Source: a phage. From it: 64,000 bases of DNA. Shown one piece after another: positions 10,327 through 18,792 of the stretch. The DNA is taken from the sequence record NC_101838.1; one strand, given 5' to 3'. The notes beneath the pieces are model-generated. The model was not told where the DNA came from. It was given only the letters and a program-made list of their open reading frames with translations, and searched no databases. Every line of letters begins with the position of its first letter. Positions within the stretch are counted from its first letter, which is position 1. Position numbers and translations under genes: made by a program.

Positions 10327-10692
10327 ATGGAACAAATGAACGATCAAGCGTCGGTTGCGATGAACGAGCAAGAACAACCTCAAGAATTTTTCTTAGGGTT
10401 AAGTAAAGATCAAGTGTCTCTTCTACTAGTGCTTTCTTCTTTCATGGGAAGACTTCAGGAGCTCACACAACAACCAGAGGCTGAACAATTATTTCAAGCT
10501 CTGCGTGAAGAAGAAAAATATCGTCGTTTGGACTATGCCTTAGGTTGGGTAGCTCAACAACGAGATATGCTGATGGCCCTCTCTGGGACCACAAGTTTTG
10601 CAATGGGGCTGTTGGCTCAAGTTCAGGACAAATTAATTCAAGCAGGGTTTGCACACACGGCAAACACTAACGAAGAACAAGGAGACAAATAA
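10327..10692 (+). CDS. hypothetical protein
   Basis: ORF with GGAG RBS. Confidence 0.5.
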   Translation: MEQMNDQASVAMNEQEQPQEFFLGLSKDQVSLLLVLSSFMGRLQELTQQPEAEQLFQALREEEKYRRLDYALGWVAQQRDMLMALSGTTSFAMGLLAQVQDKLIQAGFAHTANTNEEQGDK

Positions 10693-11918
10693 TGAGCGTT
10701 ATTCAACAATTCGCTAACCCGATGAATCCGCGTGAAACTGTTTTACTGGCTCACGGCATGATTAAACGTGTCAGCATCAAGCCTATCAAAGGTGCTGATC
10801 CTACAACAGGTATTAAAACCACTGTGTGGCAAGGTAAGAAAATTGAATCCAGCCACACCATCTCTTTACTGATTTCTGAACTGGATTCCTCTGATAACCT
10901 GCTTCAAGGTGGTGAAGAAGTTTGGATCAGCATGGGTGATAAGCTGCTTAAACCTGGTCATCAAGACTCTGTCTCTGTTAAAATTGATGACAAGTGGGAA
11001 ACCGTAACGCCGGGATGGATCGTAAATATCCCTTTGAAGGCAAACGAGCATAACGGTAAGACCTATTACAAAGGCTCACTGGCTAAGATGGTCAAGCTGG
11101 GTGCAGGAGAGGCTCCAGCAGCGACTCAGCAGCAAAAACAGCAACAAGGTGCACAATCACAAGGCCAGAAGCAGAAACCTCAGCAGAATGCCAATCAGGA
11201 CGTTTTACGCATCTATGGCGATGTGACTCAGATTGTTGGCAACGTGGTTACTGTTAATGACCACAAGATTGGCGAAGGTGCTATGGTTGTAACTGATGAG
11301 CAGCTTAAAGACCTGGTGGTAGGTGGTCGTGTTGCAGCCATTGTTGACAAAGACACCGGAAACATTATCAGTGGTTTCAAAGCCTATCCCCCTAAGGCAG
11401 AGAACGGCACTCAAGGCTCCGGTGGCAAGCGTAAATCCTCTTACGACCCTATCGGTGTGGAAACGGGGCATAGCATCAATGCGTTGCAGATCATCCTGGA
11501 TCGCGGGTTTAAGGTAGACGACCCACTGGGCGTGGCTAAAACACTGCACGTAGTCACCATTGAGCTTAAGAAAGAGTATGCTCAAGCCACCAACCGAACT
11601 GAAGATGAAGTAGGTGCCAGTGTCGGTAATGCGGTGTTGAACGCTTGTCGCCGTATTGACAAGAAAACGAAAGTTGATGATTTTGCAGCGGCAATTACTG
11701 CAGAAGCAAAAGATGTCTTGACTAATCTGGCTGAACCGTTGTACGATTGGATCAAGAACGGTGCTGGGTCAACTGACTATCAAGAACCCCAGGCTGCCAA
11801 ACAGGAAGCAGCTCCACAGCAAAACACTGTAGACGCTCCTCCTGTAAATGATGAGGAAGATGACCCAATGGATCAGAATCCAGCACAGTACACCTTTGAT
11901 GATGACATCCCTTTTTAA
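10692..11918 (+). CDS. putative ssDNA-binding protein (SSB-like C-terminal tail)
   Basis: Gln-rich linker and C-terminal DDDIPF identical to the canonical bacterial SSB tail; N-terminal fold not verified. Confidence 0.45.
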   Translation: MSVIQQFANPMNPRETVLLAHGMIKRVSIKPIKGADPTTGIKTTVWQGKKIESSHTISLLISELDSSDNLLQGGEEVWISMGDKLLKPGHQDSVSVKIDDKWETVTPGWIVNIPLKANEHNGKTYYKGSLAKMVKLGAGEAPAATQQQKQQQGAQSQGQKQKPQQNANQDVLRIYGDVTQIVGNVVTVNDHKIGEGAMVVTDEQLKDLVVGGRVAAIVDKDTGNIISGFKAYPPKAENGTQGSGGKRKSSYDPIGVETGHSINALQIILDRGFKVDDPLGVAKTLHVVTIELKKEYAQATNRTEDEVGASVGNAVLNACRRIDKKTKVDDFAAAITAEAKDVLTNLAEPLYDWIKNGAGSTDYQEPQAAKQEAAPQQNTVDAPPVNDEEDDPMDQNPAQYTFDDDIPF

Positions 11919-11934
11919 CATCTAGTTAACATAG

Positions 11935-11961
11935 CCCTGCCCGAAAGGGTGGGGCATTTTT
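11935..11961 (+). terminator. rho-independent terminator
   Basis: Same hairpin as at 1802 (CCCTGCCC-GAAA-GGGTGGGG) followed by T-run. Confidence 0.6.
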
Positions 11962-11980
11962 GTATAAGGAGATCTGAAAA

Positions 11981-12397
11981 ATGACATTAGAAGATATCAT
12001 TGTTAAGCCTGAGAACTATGACCAATACAACCTGTCAACTCAATCTGTAGACCTTGGATGCGCCACGGTCAGTGCGTGGCTGGTTAACGGAAAAGAGCTG
12101 GATAAATGCTTAGAAGCTCACATGTCTATTAACAAGTTTCTGGATGAAAATACTCACTGGCTTGAGGGTGCAGGCGTATATGCTTCATGGTTGGATAGTA
12201 TGGGATTCGACTACCAATCTGAAGAGGGGTGGTGGAGCTATTTAGCTATCTGTCCAGAGACGCTACAATGCTTCATGAAATATTCTGAAGATTTGGAGTA
12301 CCGGGCGGTGGTTGATAGTGCTATTGCCCGTTATAGCCGTAAACCTTTTTCCCACGACATTAAAACTGTGGAAGAATTTGTTGAAGTTTTCTGTTGA
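11981..12397 (+). CDS. hypothetical protein
   Basis: ORF with AAGGAGA RBS. Confidence 0.5.
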   Translation: MTLEDIIVKPENYDQYNLSTQSVDLGCATVSAWLVNGKELDKCLEAHMSINKFLDENTHWLEGAGVYASWLDSMGFDYQSEEGWWSYLAICPETLQCFMKYSEDLEYRAVVDSAIARYSRKPFSHDIKTVEEFVEVFC

Positions 12398-12425
12398 CAC
12401 AGATTGAAAGGTGTGCAATTATAAC
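12394..12425 (+). promoter_or_regulatory. sigma70-like promoter
   Basis: TTGACA with AT-rich -10 (ATTATA). Confidence 0.4.
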
Positions 12426-12493
12426 TTCATAGAACGGGAGGACGTGATGAACGAAGAAAACTGGGATGTATAACTAACAGGAGGCCACTGCCC

Positions 12494-12691
12494 ATGATTT
12501 ATCGAATCCGTGTAAGAGAAGATGCACCAGGCTGTTACTTTGACTGGCGTGGGTGGTGGTTTATCCACCCAATGGATGGACTCACAGATAGAATGCTGGA
12601 TGCTGCCCTTTACACAGATACCGACATAGAATATAATCTCTATCTGAAGGACGGTATAGATAACGGCCTGTTTGAAGCAATTCCTGTGTAA
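12494..12691 (+). CDS. hypothetical protein
   Basis: ORF with CAGGAGG RBS. Confidence 0.45.
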   Translation: MIYRIRVREDAPGCYFDWRGWWFIHPMDGLTDRMLDAALYTDTDIEYNLYLKDGIDNGLFEAIPV

Positions 12692-12759
12692 GAGACTGTG
12701 ATAGCTATGTTTTATGATCTTCCTGTAGCGCCACCACCTGTTGAACCAGGAGAACTAAG

Positions 12760-13185
12760 ATGATCTATGAAATGCCAAAACTGATTCGTGACGATGCCCA
12801 AAACGCTCACACCATTATTATGGGCAAACGCATGGATATTATTTGTCATAAAGATTTCTGGGAAGGAAGTTACTTCACAGAGTATTTTGGTAAACTGGAC
12901 AATGGTCTGCTGATCCAGTTCTACACCGATGCGGAAAACAACATTCCCTGGGAGTTCGAAACTGAAGATGTCCATAAACTTTTCACCTTCCTCGGTATTA
13001 AGGTTAAGGCCAAGTTTGAAGAAGGTGAGTGCGACGATTGTGGATTTTATGAGGTAACAGATTTCTACCTTCCTAGCGGTAAGAACCTTTACTATGAAAG
13101 CCACTTCGGTAACTCCAATATGCCACAGTGCTGGACTGAGTTTTTTGAAATTGCGGAAGAGGAGCTGGCTTACCGTGATTATTGA
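12760..13185 (+). CDS. hypothetical protein
   Basis: ORF with CAGGAGA RBS. Confidence 0.5.
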   Translation: MIYEMPKLIRDDAQNAHTIIMGKRMDIICHKDFWEGSYFTEYFGKLDNGLLIQFYTDAENNIPWEFETEDVHKLFTFLGIKVKAKFEEGECDDCGFYEVTDFYLPSGKNLYYESHFGNSNMPQCWTEFFEIAEEELAYRDY

Positions 13186-13633
13186 TACTGTAGAGGGAGA
13201 TTTAATCTCCCTTTTTAAGAGCGGTGCTGGTCACCTGATCCACGGTTGTAACTGCTTCCACACAATGGGCAAGGGTATAGCAAAACAGATTGCCCGTGAG
13301 TTTCCTCAAGCACTGTCAGCCGACAAAGAGACTAGATACGGTTGCCTAAGTAAACTGGGTGCGTTCTCCCGATGGGAGCACTTATCTCCGGTAGGTATTG
13401 TCTACGGAATCAATCTATATACCCAGTTCTACCCAGGACCTAATGCTGAGTATTTCTCAATCCTGAAAGGCTTTGAGCTAGTCAATGAAGTATTCAGCGG
13501 ATCGACTTTACCATTCTACATCCCTAAGATCGGGTGCGGCATAGGCGGTTTGAAGTGGGAACACGTAGAGGACGTTATTAACCTTGCCACTTTCGACATA
13601 GATATTGTCGTGGTGGAGTACAAAAAGTGTTGA
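13175..13633 (+). CDS. macro-domain protein (ADP-ribose binding/processing-like)
   Basis: Motifs LIHGCNCFHTMGKGIA and IPKIGCGIGG resemble macro-domain signatures; probable GTG start overlapping upstream stop. Confidence 0.5.
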   Translation: MIIDTVEGDLISLFKSGAGHLIHGCNCFHTMGKGIAKQIAREFPQALSADKETRYGCLSKLGAFSRWEHLSPVGIVYGINLYTQFYPGPNAEYFSILKGFELVNEVFSGSTLPFYIPKIGCGIGGLKWEHVEDVINLATFDIDIVVVEYKKC

Positions 13634-13658
13634 CGACCATCTTCTGAGGTGATATAGT
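13630..13658 (+). promoter_or_regulatory. sigma70-like promoter
   Basis: TTGACG-N17-TATAGT. Confidence 0.45.
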
Positions 13659-13687
13659 TTCCACGACAACTAAGAGAGGAGAGCACT

Positions 13688-13858
13688 GTGGAGACTAAAA
13701 TCTTAATTCTTGCTGTGGTAGATACAACCGAAGGAGCTATATTCGAATCTGCAGGAGGGTATTTCTACCTACCATACGGAAAAAGAACTTCCGAGCCAGG
13801 TAAAGATTCAATCCTCAAAGTGTTCCCGTGTGCTTTCTGGCTGGAGATTTTGGTATAA
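13688..13858 (+). CDS. small hypothetical protein (not in ORF track)
   Basis: GTG start after AAGAGAGGAG RBS, 56 codons. Confidence 0.3.
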   Translation: METKILILAVVDTTEGAIFESAGGYFYLPYGKRTSEPGKDSILKVFPCAFWLEILV

Positions 13859-13884
13859 GATTGCAGAGGATTTGGGAGAGAATT

Positions 13885-14079
13885 ATGAGAAACAAGAAAG
13901 AACTTTACTCCGGTGAGTGGATCAACGATCAACAGGTGGGAGAGGTAACCTGCTTCCGATGTTTTACCAGGTACAATCTTAAAACTGCACCAAAAAGTGT
14001 TCCAAAGACTGACGGTTACTACATAAAAGAACCTCATTGCCCAAAATGTAAATGCCGATTGTACTGGAGCAATCTGTAA
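13885..14079 (+). CDS. small zinc-ribbon protein
   Basis: CxxC...CxxC pairs; ATG after GGAGAG RBS. Confidence 0.45.
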   Translation: MRNKKELYSGEWINDQQVGEVTCFRCFTRYNLKTAPKSVPKTDGYYIKEPHCPKCKCRLYWSNL

Positions 14080-14083
14080 GAGG

Positions 14084-14111
14084 TTGACATCTGAAAACTG
14101 CAGTGTATAAT
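14084..14111 (+). promoter_or_regulatory. sigma70 promoter
   Basis: TTGACA-N16-TATAAT. Confidence 0.6.
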
Positions 14112-14142
14112 ATACGCATAAACTAACAGAGGGTGATGTATT

Positions 14143-14334
14143 ATGGTAATTTTTAACCGGGATGGTATCATAGTTAGACAGCACCCGTTCCTTGAATACT
14201 ATCAAATTGAGCAATGGTGCTACGGGGATTGCAGTCACTCCTATGGGCAAAGTTGGGGATATCGTACAGTTTTTGAATCCACAGACCTTGACAAAGTAAA
14301 ACAGAAAGTTTTAGAACTTCTTAACAACAAGTGA
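14143..14334 (+). CDS. hypothetical protein
   Basis: ORF downstream of consensus promoter. Confidence 0.45.
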   Translation: MVIFNRDGIIVRQHPFLEYYQIEQWCYGDCSHSYGQSWGYRTVFESTDLDKVKQKVLELLNNK

Positions 14335-14344
14335 GTATCGTGCC

Positions 14345-14677
14345 ATGGTAACATTGGAAAGACGTAAAGCTATTGCCGCCACACTGGCAGACATCTTTTG
14401 GGATTGTAATTTAAAATCTACCCGAAATTGTGGTGCATCTGTAGATGTATTATTCCCACGGCCTACTATTGTTGCAATGGGCAACCTGCTCGATGTGGTA
14501 TATGGAGCATGGGACAAGGAAGGTGGATTCTATATCTGGCAACCTGACTACGGGACTTGGAAAGAGGTTAGTGGTTCTTCGGACTTCACTCCTGCAGTGG
14601 CTAAAATGGATGGCTGGAAAATCTATGTCGGTAACGACATGGAACTGAAAGGCGAAATTGTTTACTGGTTACCTTAA
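14345..14677 (+). CDS. hypothetical protein
   Basis: ORF. Confidence 0.45.
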   Translation: MVTLERRKAIAATLADIFWDCNLKSTRNCGASVDVLFPRPTIVAMGNLLDVVYGAWDKEGGFYIWQPDYGTWKEVSGSSDFTPAVAKMDGWKIYVGNDMELKGEIVYWLP

Positions 14678-14698
14678 GAAAGTCCAGGAGATAAAGTT

Positions 14699-14944
14699 AT
14701 GAACAAAGGGTGGACATTTGTAGACGGCGTTAAAAACATGCCTCTAGGAAAGTATATTGTAGCCATGGCAGATGAGAATGGCAAGGTTGATTTCGGAGTT
14801 TGCGAGGTTGTTCTTGCAGGATCTGGTGACTATGCTCACAAAACTGGGATAATTAACGGTCATTTCTACTTTGATTACAACCCTGTTGTGGCGTATATGG
14901 CTATGCCAGAGTTCGAGCTCCCAAAGGAAGGTGCAGATGTTTAA
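14699..14944 (+). CDS. hypothetical protein
   Basis: ORF with CAGGAGA RBS. Confidence 0.5.
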   Translation: MNKGWTFVDGVKNMPLGKYIVAMADENGKVDFGVCEVVLAGSGDYAHKTGIINGHFYFDYNPVVAYMAMPEFELPKEGADV

Positions 14945-15134
14945 GCTTAAATCTGCATGGAACATCGCTGTGGGGGACGAGATCCGTATCCCAGGTGGAA
15001 AGACCATTATGAAAATATCTCGTATCGAGTACGAAGGTGATCGTGTATTTCATATCTTTGCAGAAGATGGTCGAGAAATTTATATACAGGCAGGCTCTCA
15101 CATCTATATTCGTAAGAAAGGGGAGGACAAATGA
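14937..15134 (+). CDS. hypothetical protein
   Basis: Internal ATG after AAGGAAGG (track start 14871). Confidence 0.4.
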   Translation: MFKLKSAWNIAVGDEIRIPGGKTIMKISRIEYEGDRVFHIFAEDGREIYIQAGSHIYIRKKGEDK

Positions 15135-15460
15135 CAGAGATCATCATTTCAACTGCAGGGTATGTATTCCTGACAATCATTGCGCTGGCTATTCTGGTGG
15201 CGGTGTATGGATTTGTTATCCTTCCTATCCTTGAGACATTTAGTTTGTGTCGGTGTTGGAGAAAAGCTTACGGTCCACAACCATGGAAGGACTGGCCCCA
15301 CCTGGTGCGCTTAGCGTTCTCTTATGCTTACGATCACTCCAGTAGTGCATGCATAACCGGATACCACGCCCACAACTGGAGCTGGGAAGGGTTGAGGAAA
15401 TGGAATGTTACAAAGACCATACCTCTGCGCATGTACAAACCTAAAAACAAAGACAACTGA
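15131..15460 (+). CDS. membrane protein (N-terminal transmembrane helix)
   Basis: Hydrophobic N-terminus; GGGGAGG RBS. Confidence 0.5.
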   Translation: MTEIIISTAGYVFLTIIALAILVAVYGFVILPILETFSLCRCWRKAYGPQPWKDWPHLVRLAFSYAYDHSSSACITGYHAHNWSWEGLRKWNVTKTIPLRMYKPKNKDN

Positions 15461-15499
15461 TACTTGAAAATTCCTGGCATATCAAGTATAAGGGGGATT

Positions 15500-15960
15500 T
15501 CTAAAATGGATTTCCTCCTTTTGATATTTCACCGGGCTGGATATTTTAAAATTCTTAGAAAATCAGAAAATGGATCGAAAACTAAAATGGATTTTTCAGA
15601 GTAGGCGCGACAAGCTGAATAACTCATCCTATCGTTTGCACCATATTCCAGGCCACCATTATAGATTTCCCACACATGCTAACCTCCCTCTACTAGAACT
15701 TCCTCCACTTACCCTTGACCTTCTATGGTAACAATCTAACCGCTATCTTGAAGTTGCGGTGCAGCTTTCCAGGTACTCGATCTACTTTTCATTTCAGGGC
15801 TTGGATTTTCTGAAAATTTTTCTCGATAAATTTCTCAGTACTCGATCTGTTTTTCGTTTTCTGAATCGGATTTTCTGGAAATCGTTCCGGCTCTCAACCT
15901 GAAATTTTTGGGGACGAAATCGATTTTTCGTTTTCAGAAATGGATTTTTAAAATTTCTAT
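15500..15960. repeat. iteron-like direct repeat cluster (candidate replication origin or packaging-related site)
   Basis: Repeated AAATGGATTT, GGATTTTCTGRAAAT and ACTCGATCT...TTTTCRTTT units in a non-coding region. Confidence 0.55.
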
Positions 15961-16065
15961 ATGGGAATATTTTAGTGGATACTATTTTATAGTAAATTGT
16001 TACGGAGGGTAATTAGCGTGCTAATTAAATTTATTAAATGCGAGGAGTTCTCATTTAGAATCTTG

Positions 16066-16084
16066 AATGATAATCATTCTCGTT
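16066..16084. promoter_or_regulatory. Fur-box-like site
   Basis: GAATGATAATCATTCTC closely matches Fur consensus GATAATGATAATCATTATC. Confidence 0.45.
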
Positions 16085-16197
16085 TGCAGAATAACGGGCA
16101 GGCCCGGTGATTGTCTCCCGGCCCCTGTTGCCCCGGCTTGTTATTATAGTATCACACAGGACAAAGAAAGCAAGGATTTTTTGCATAAATTTTTAAA

Positions 16198-16216
16198 TGA
16201 TAATGATAACCGTTCT
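16198..16216. promoter_or_regulatory. Fur-box-like site (second copy)
   Basis: GATAATGATAACCGTTCTC; about 130 bp downstream of the first. Confidence 0.4.
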
Positions 16217-16473
16217 CATTTTATGCAGCGCTCATCCCTGGTGGTTGTCTCCCCCGTCACCGGTGCCTGCCGTCCTTTCGATAGGTATATTGTGCCACCT
16301 GTCGGGGCCGCTGTCAACACTTTTCAAAAAATTTTTCTAACCTGATGCGCTAACCGCTGCAACCTGGCGGGGCCAGCCTGGCAGGACCTAACTGACCAGG
16401 TGGGAGAGGGTGAAATCTTGCAAACCTGGTAGGCCCATGCTGTAGGGTAAACAATTGAAGAGGAGGTACAAAA

Positions 16474-16611
16474 ATGAAAGGTAATGCTACTCACCTGGGA
16501 AATGTAGTGATTAATGATACAGAAGCGCGGGAACATAAAGAAGAGTACGAAAAAATGGTGGTTAACCTGGCGGGGGGGCGGCAGGTGGATTCTATCATAA
16601 AAATAATTTAA
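16474..16611 (+). CDS. small hypothetical protein (45 aa, not in ORF track)
   Basis: ATG after GAAGAGGAGG RBS. Confidence 0.3.
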   Translation: MKGNATHLGNVVINDTEAREHKEEYEKMVVNLAGGRQVDSIIKII

Positions 16612-16619
16612 AATAATCG

Positions 16620-16649
16620 TTGACAACAAGGTTAATCATGGTATTATTA
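16620..16649 (+). promoter_or_regulatory. sigma70 promoter
   Basis: TTGACA-N17/18-TATTAT. Confidence 0.55.
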
Positions 16650-16697
16650 CCCTACAAGGTGAACAACACCGCACTAACCAGTAAAGAGGATAAATTT

Positions 16698-16895
16698 ATG
16701 AACGCATACGGGATCAAAGTACGTCGCAACACTCGCCAGGTGGTCACCGATCAAATGGTTTGCCAGGTGGACGTAACCATCAACAACGGGCAAGGCCTTT
16801 ATAAATTCCGTCGCGGTCAGAGCTATACCCGGCAACAGCTTAATCGTTGCGCCCTGACAAAAGGACAGATCAACCACTGGTTTAATAAAAAATAA
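16698..16895 (+). CDS. hypothetical small basic protein
   Basis: ATG after AAGAGGA RBS (track start 16620 lies inside the promoter). Confidence 0.5.
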   Translation: MNAYGIKVRRNTRQVVTDQMVCQVDVTINNGQGLYKFRRGQSYTRQQLNRCALTKGQINHWFNKK

Positions 16896-16898
16896 GTA

Positions 16899-16927
16899 TT
16901 GACATATAGTCCGACACCAAATACACT
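16899..16927 (+). promoter_or_regulatory. sigma70-like promoter
   Basis: TTGACA-N17-TACACT. Confidence 0.5.
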
Positions 16928-16959
16928 AAAAGCACAAAAGACACTAAGAGGATAAAATC

Positions 16960-17358
16960 ATGAAAACCACTACCTTTAATTTTGATAATGCGGACTTTTC
17001 TTTTTCTGATGTCAAGAACTGCCGCCGTGATCGTGGATTTTACAAGGCTTATAATCTGGTGGGCCTGGACGATGACAATAATTTGCACGAAGTAGCTGAG
17101 ATCCGGTATTATGCCGCCGTCAGCGGGAACACTCACTACTGCGTGTTTTGGATTCACGACAACAAGAACAATAAGTACGGTTATACTGGCGGCAAGGCGA
17201 GCGGTCACGGTTACGATAAAGCTAACGCAGCACTTGAGAGCGCATTAAATGCTATGGGGATCACTGCCGACGGCTGGATCTACGAAGAAGAGTTTTTGTC
17301 GGCACTTGCTGACCACCTGGGCTATAAAAAACACATTGTAACATGCGCCCACGAATAA
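16960..17358 (+). CDS. hypothetical protein
   Basis: AAGAGGA RBS. Confidence 0.55.
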   Translation: MKTTTFNFDNADFSFSDVKNCRRDRGFYKAYNLVGLDDDNNLHEVAEIRYYAAVSGNTHYCVFWIHDNKNNKYGYTGGKASGHGYDKANAALESALNAMGITADGWIYEEEFLSALADHLGYKKHIVTCAHE

Positions 17359-17364
17359 AAATCA

Positions 17365-17392
17365 TTGACACGCTGCAAAATTTAAGTAAACT
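17365..17392 (+). promoter_or_regulatory. sigma70-like promoter
   Basis: TTGACA-N16-TAAACT. Confidence 0.5.
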
Positions 17393-17440
17393 AGACACAA
17401 AAGGCGGGAATGTTTCCCGCCAGCACAAAGGAAAAAGATC

Positions 17441-17836
17441 ATGAATAAGAACGTACGCCGCATCATGAACGAACTGGCAAACGATGAAAAAATTATTGAT
17501 ATGCATTTGGTCAACATTTGCCGCCGTTGTGTAACATATAACAACCGCGCCGCAAAAGCGCGTGAGATGAACGCAAAAGGCACCTTAAAGCCCTTTCAGG
17601 TGGTTGTAAAATCTATAACTAGCGCAGCAGGCCAGGCGCAGGACCACAACAACGAGAGCGCTAATATTGATCCGTCTTACGTAATGAAACGGATCCGGAC
17701 TTGCAAGAATAAAGAGCAGGTATATAACGTCATAGATTGGCTGGACTCCCTGGGCGATGTGGTTTACAATAGGTTTTCTGCAGCTATCGAGATCCAGCTT
17801 GACAGATTGGACGGGAAAGTACTAAAAACTTATTGA
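17441..17836 (+). CDS. hypothetical protein
   Basis: AAAGGA RBS. Confidence 0.55.
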   Translation: MNKNVRRIMNELANDEKIIDMHLVNICRRCVTYNNRAAKAREMNAKGTLKPFQVVVKSITSAAGQAQDHNNESANIDPSYVMKRIRTCKNKEQVYNVIDWLDSLGDVVYNRFSAAIEIQLDRLDGKVLKTY

Positions 17837-17837
17837 G

Positions 17838-17883
17838 TTTATTTTTAGATGGCCTTGACACCAGGGCCATCAATAAAGTAAAC
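17838..17883 (+). promoter_or_regulatory. repeated palindrome/promoter element, copy 1
   Basis: TTATTTTTAGATGGCCTTGACACCAGGGCCATCAATAAAGTAAAC; palindrome GATGGCC/GGCCATC flanks a TTGACA box. Confidence 0.5.
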
Positions 17884-17916
17884 TAACCACAGTTGAGCGG
17901 AAAAGGAGGCTTAAAG

Positions 17917-18036
17917 ATGAGCACTACACGCCAGCACACAAAGGTAACCATCATCGTTTGCATCATTGGGTACATCCTGGCGCAAATGTTGATGGGTAGC
18001 GCCAACGGTGTCGCAAAATTTTTCTTAAACTTTTAA
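17917..18036 (+). CDS. small membrane peptide (39 aa, not in ORF track)
   Basis: ATG after AAAGGAGG RBS; hydrophobic core. Confidence 0.3.
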   Translation: MSTTRQHTKVTIIVCIIGYILAQMLMGSANGVAKFFLNF

Positions 18037-18064
18037 TTGACAAGCTAACTTAAATCGATATAAT
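18037..18064 (+). promoter_or_regulatory. sigma70 promoter
   Basis: TTGACA-N16-TATAAT. Confidence 0.6.
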
Positions 18065-18115
18065 AAGCACATAAACGGGAAAACTTCCCAGAACACACAA
18101 AAGGAGAAAAACACC

Positions 18116-18457
18116 ATGACTACTATGACCGCCTCAGAAAAAGCTATGCAGATCGCTGAACTGAAAAAACAGATCGCAGACCTTGAGAATAAGATCGATA
18201 ACTTTGAAATCGACGAGGACAAGTACGACGAAAACTATGATGAATGGTTAGACGAGATCTACGGCGAAATTATGATCGGAAACATTTCTTTTCTTCCGTC
18301 GCGTATCCTCAAGGAGCTAGATCCTATCGCTTACCGCTGCGGATTTAGCGACTACATCGACAGCCTGGATATTGAGGACGATGAAGAATACCAGGAATTA
18401 CAGACAGAGTTAGAAGAAGCAAAAGAAGAGCTTGCGGAGCTGGAAGAAAACGAGTAA
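18116..18457 (+). CDS. highly acidic coiled-coil protein
   Basis: AAAGGAGA RBS; Asp/Glu-rich sequence. Confidence 0.55.
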   Translation: MTTMTASEKAMQIAELKKQIADLENKIDNFEIDEDKYDENYDEWLDEIYGEIMIGNISFLPSRILKELDPIAYRCGFSDYIDSLDIEDDEEYQELQTELEEAKEELAELEENE

Positions 18458-18503
18458 GCTTATTTTTAGATGGCCTTGACACCAGGGCCATCAATAAAGT
18501 AAA
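18458..18503 (+). promoter_or_regulatory. repeated palindrome/promoter element, copy 2
   Basis: Same 46-bp element as 17838..17883. Confidence 0.5.
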
Positions 18504-18546
18504 CTTTATACTGTTAACACTGAACTAATGCATAGGAGTTAAAACC

Positions 18547-18792
18547 ATGGCAGCACTAATCACCAAATATTATGCCCCTACCAACACCAAAAGCGCCCGT
18601 ATCATGGTAAAAGGCTTCGGACGTAAAAAGGTGTACACCTGGGATTATGCCTTAGACATGGAAGACAACTACACCAACGCAATGACCGATTTTATTAATG
18701 AACTAAATAAGCAGATCTTGACAAGTTATAAAGTGACCGATATTGCTTATATAGGTGAAGGCGGGATCTGTTTTGTAGGCATTGTGAAATAG
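18547..18792 (+). CDS. hypothetical protein
   Basis: ATAGGAG RBS. Confidence 0.55.
   Translation: MAALITKYYAPTNTKSARIMVKGFGRKKVYTWDYALDMEDNYTNAMTDFINELNKQILTSYKVTDIAYIGEGGICFVGIVK

Noticed and set aside
15460-15487. Palindrome TACTTGA...TCAAGTA after the gene ending at 15460 as a terminator
   Set aside because: No T-run follows and the loop is long; could equally be a protein-binding site at the edge of the iteron region.
16240-16250. Chi-like sequences (CCTGGTGG)
   Set aside because: One mismatch from GCTGGTGG; no exact Chi octamer was seen in the regions inspected, so no claim is made.
16067-16345. Track ORF spanning both Fur-box-like sites (92 aa)
   Set aside because: No RBS, runs through regulatory-looking repeats and GC-rich segments; more likely non-coding.
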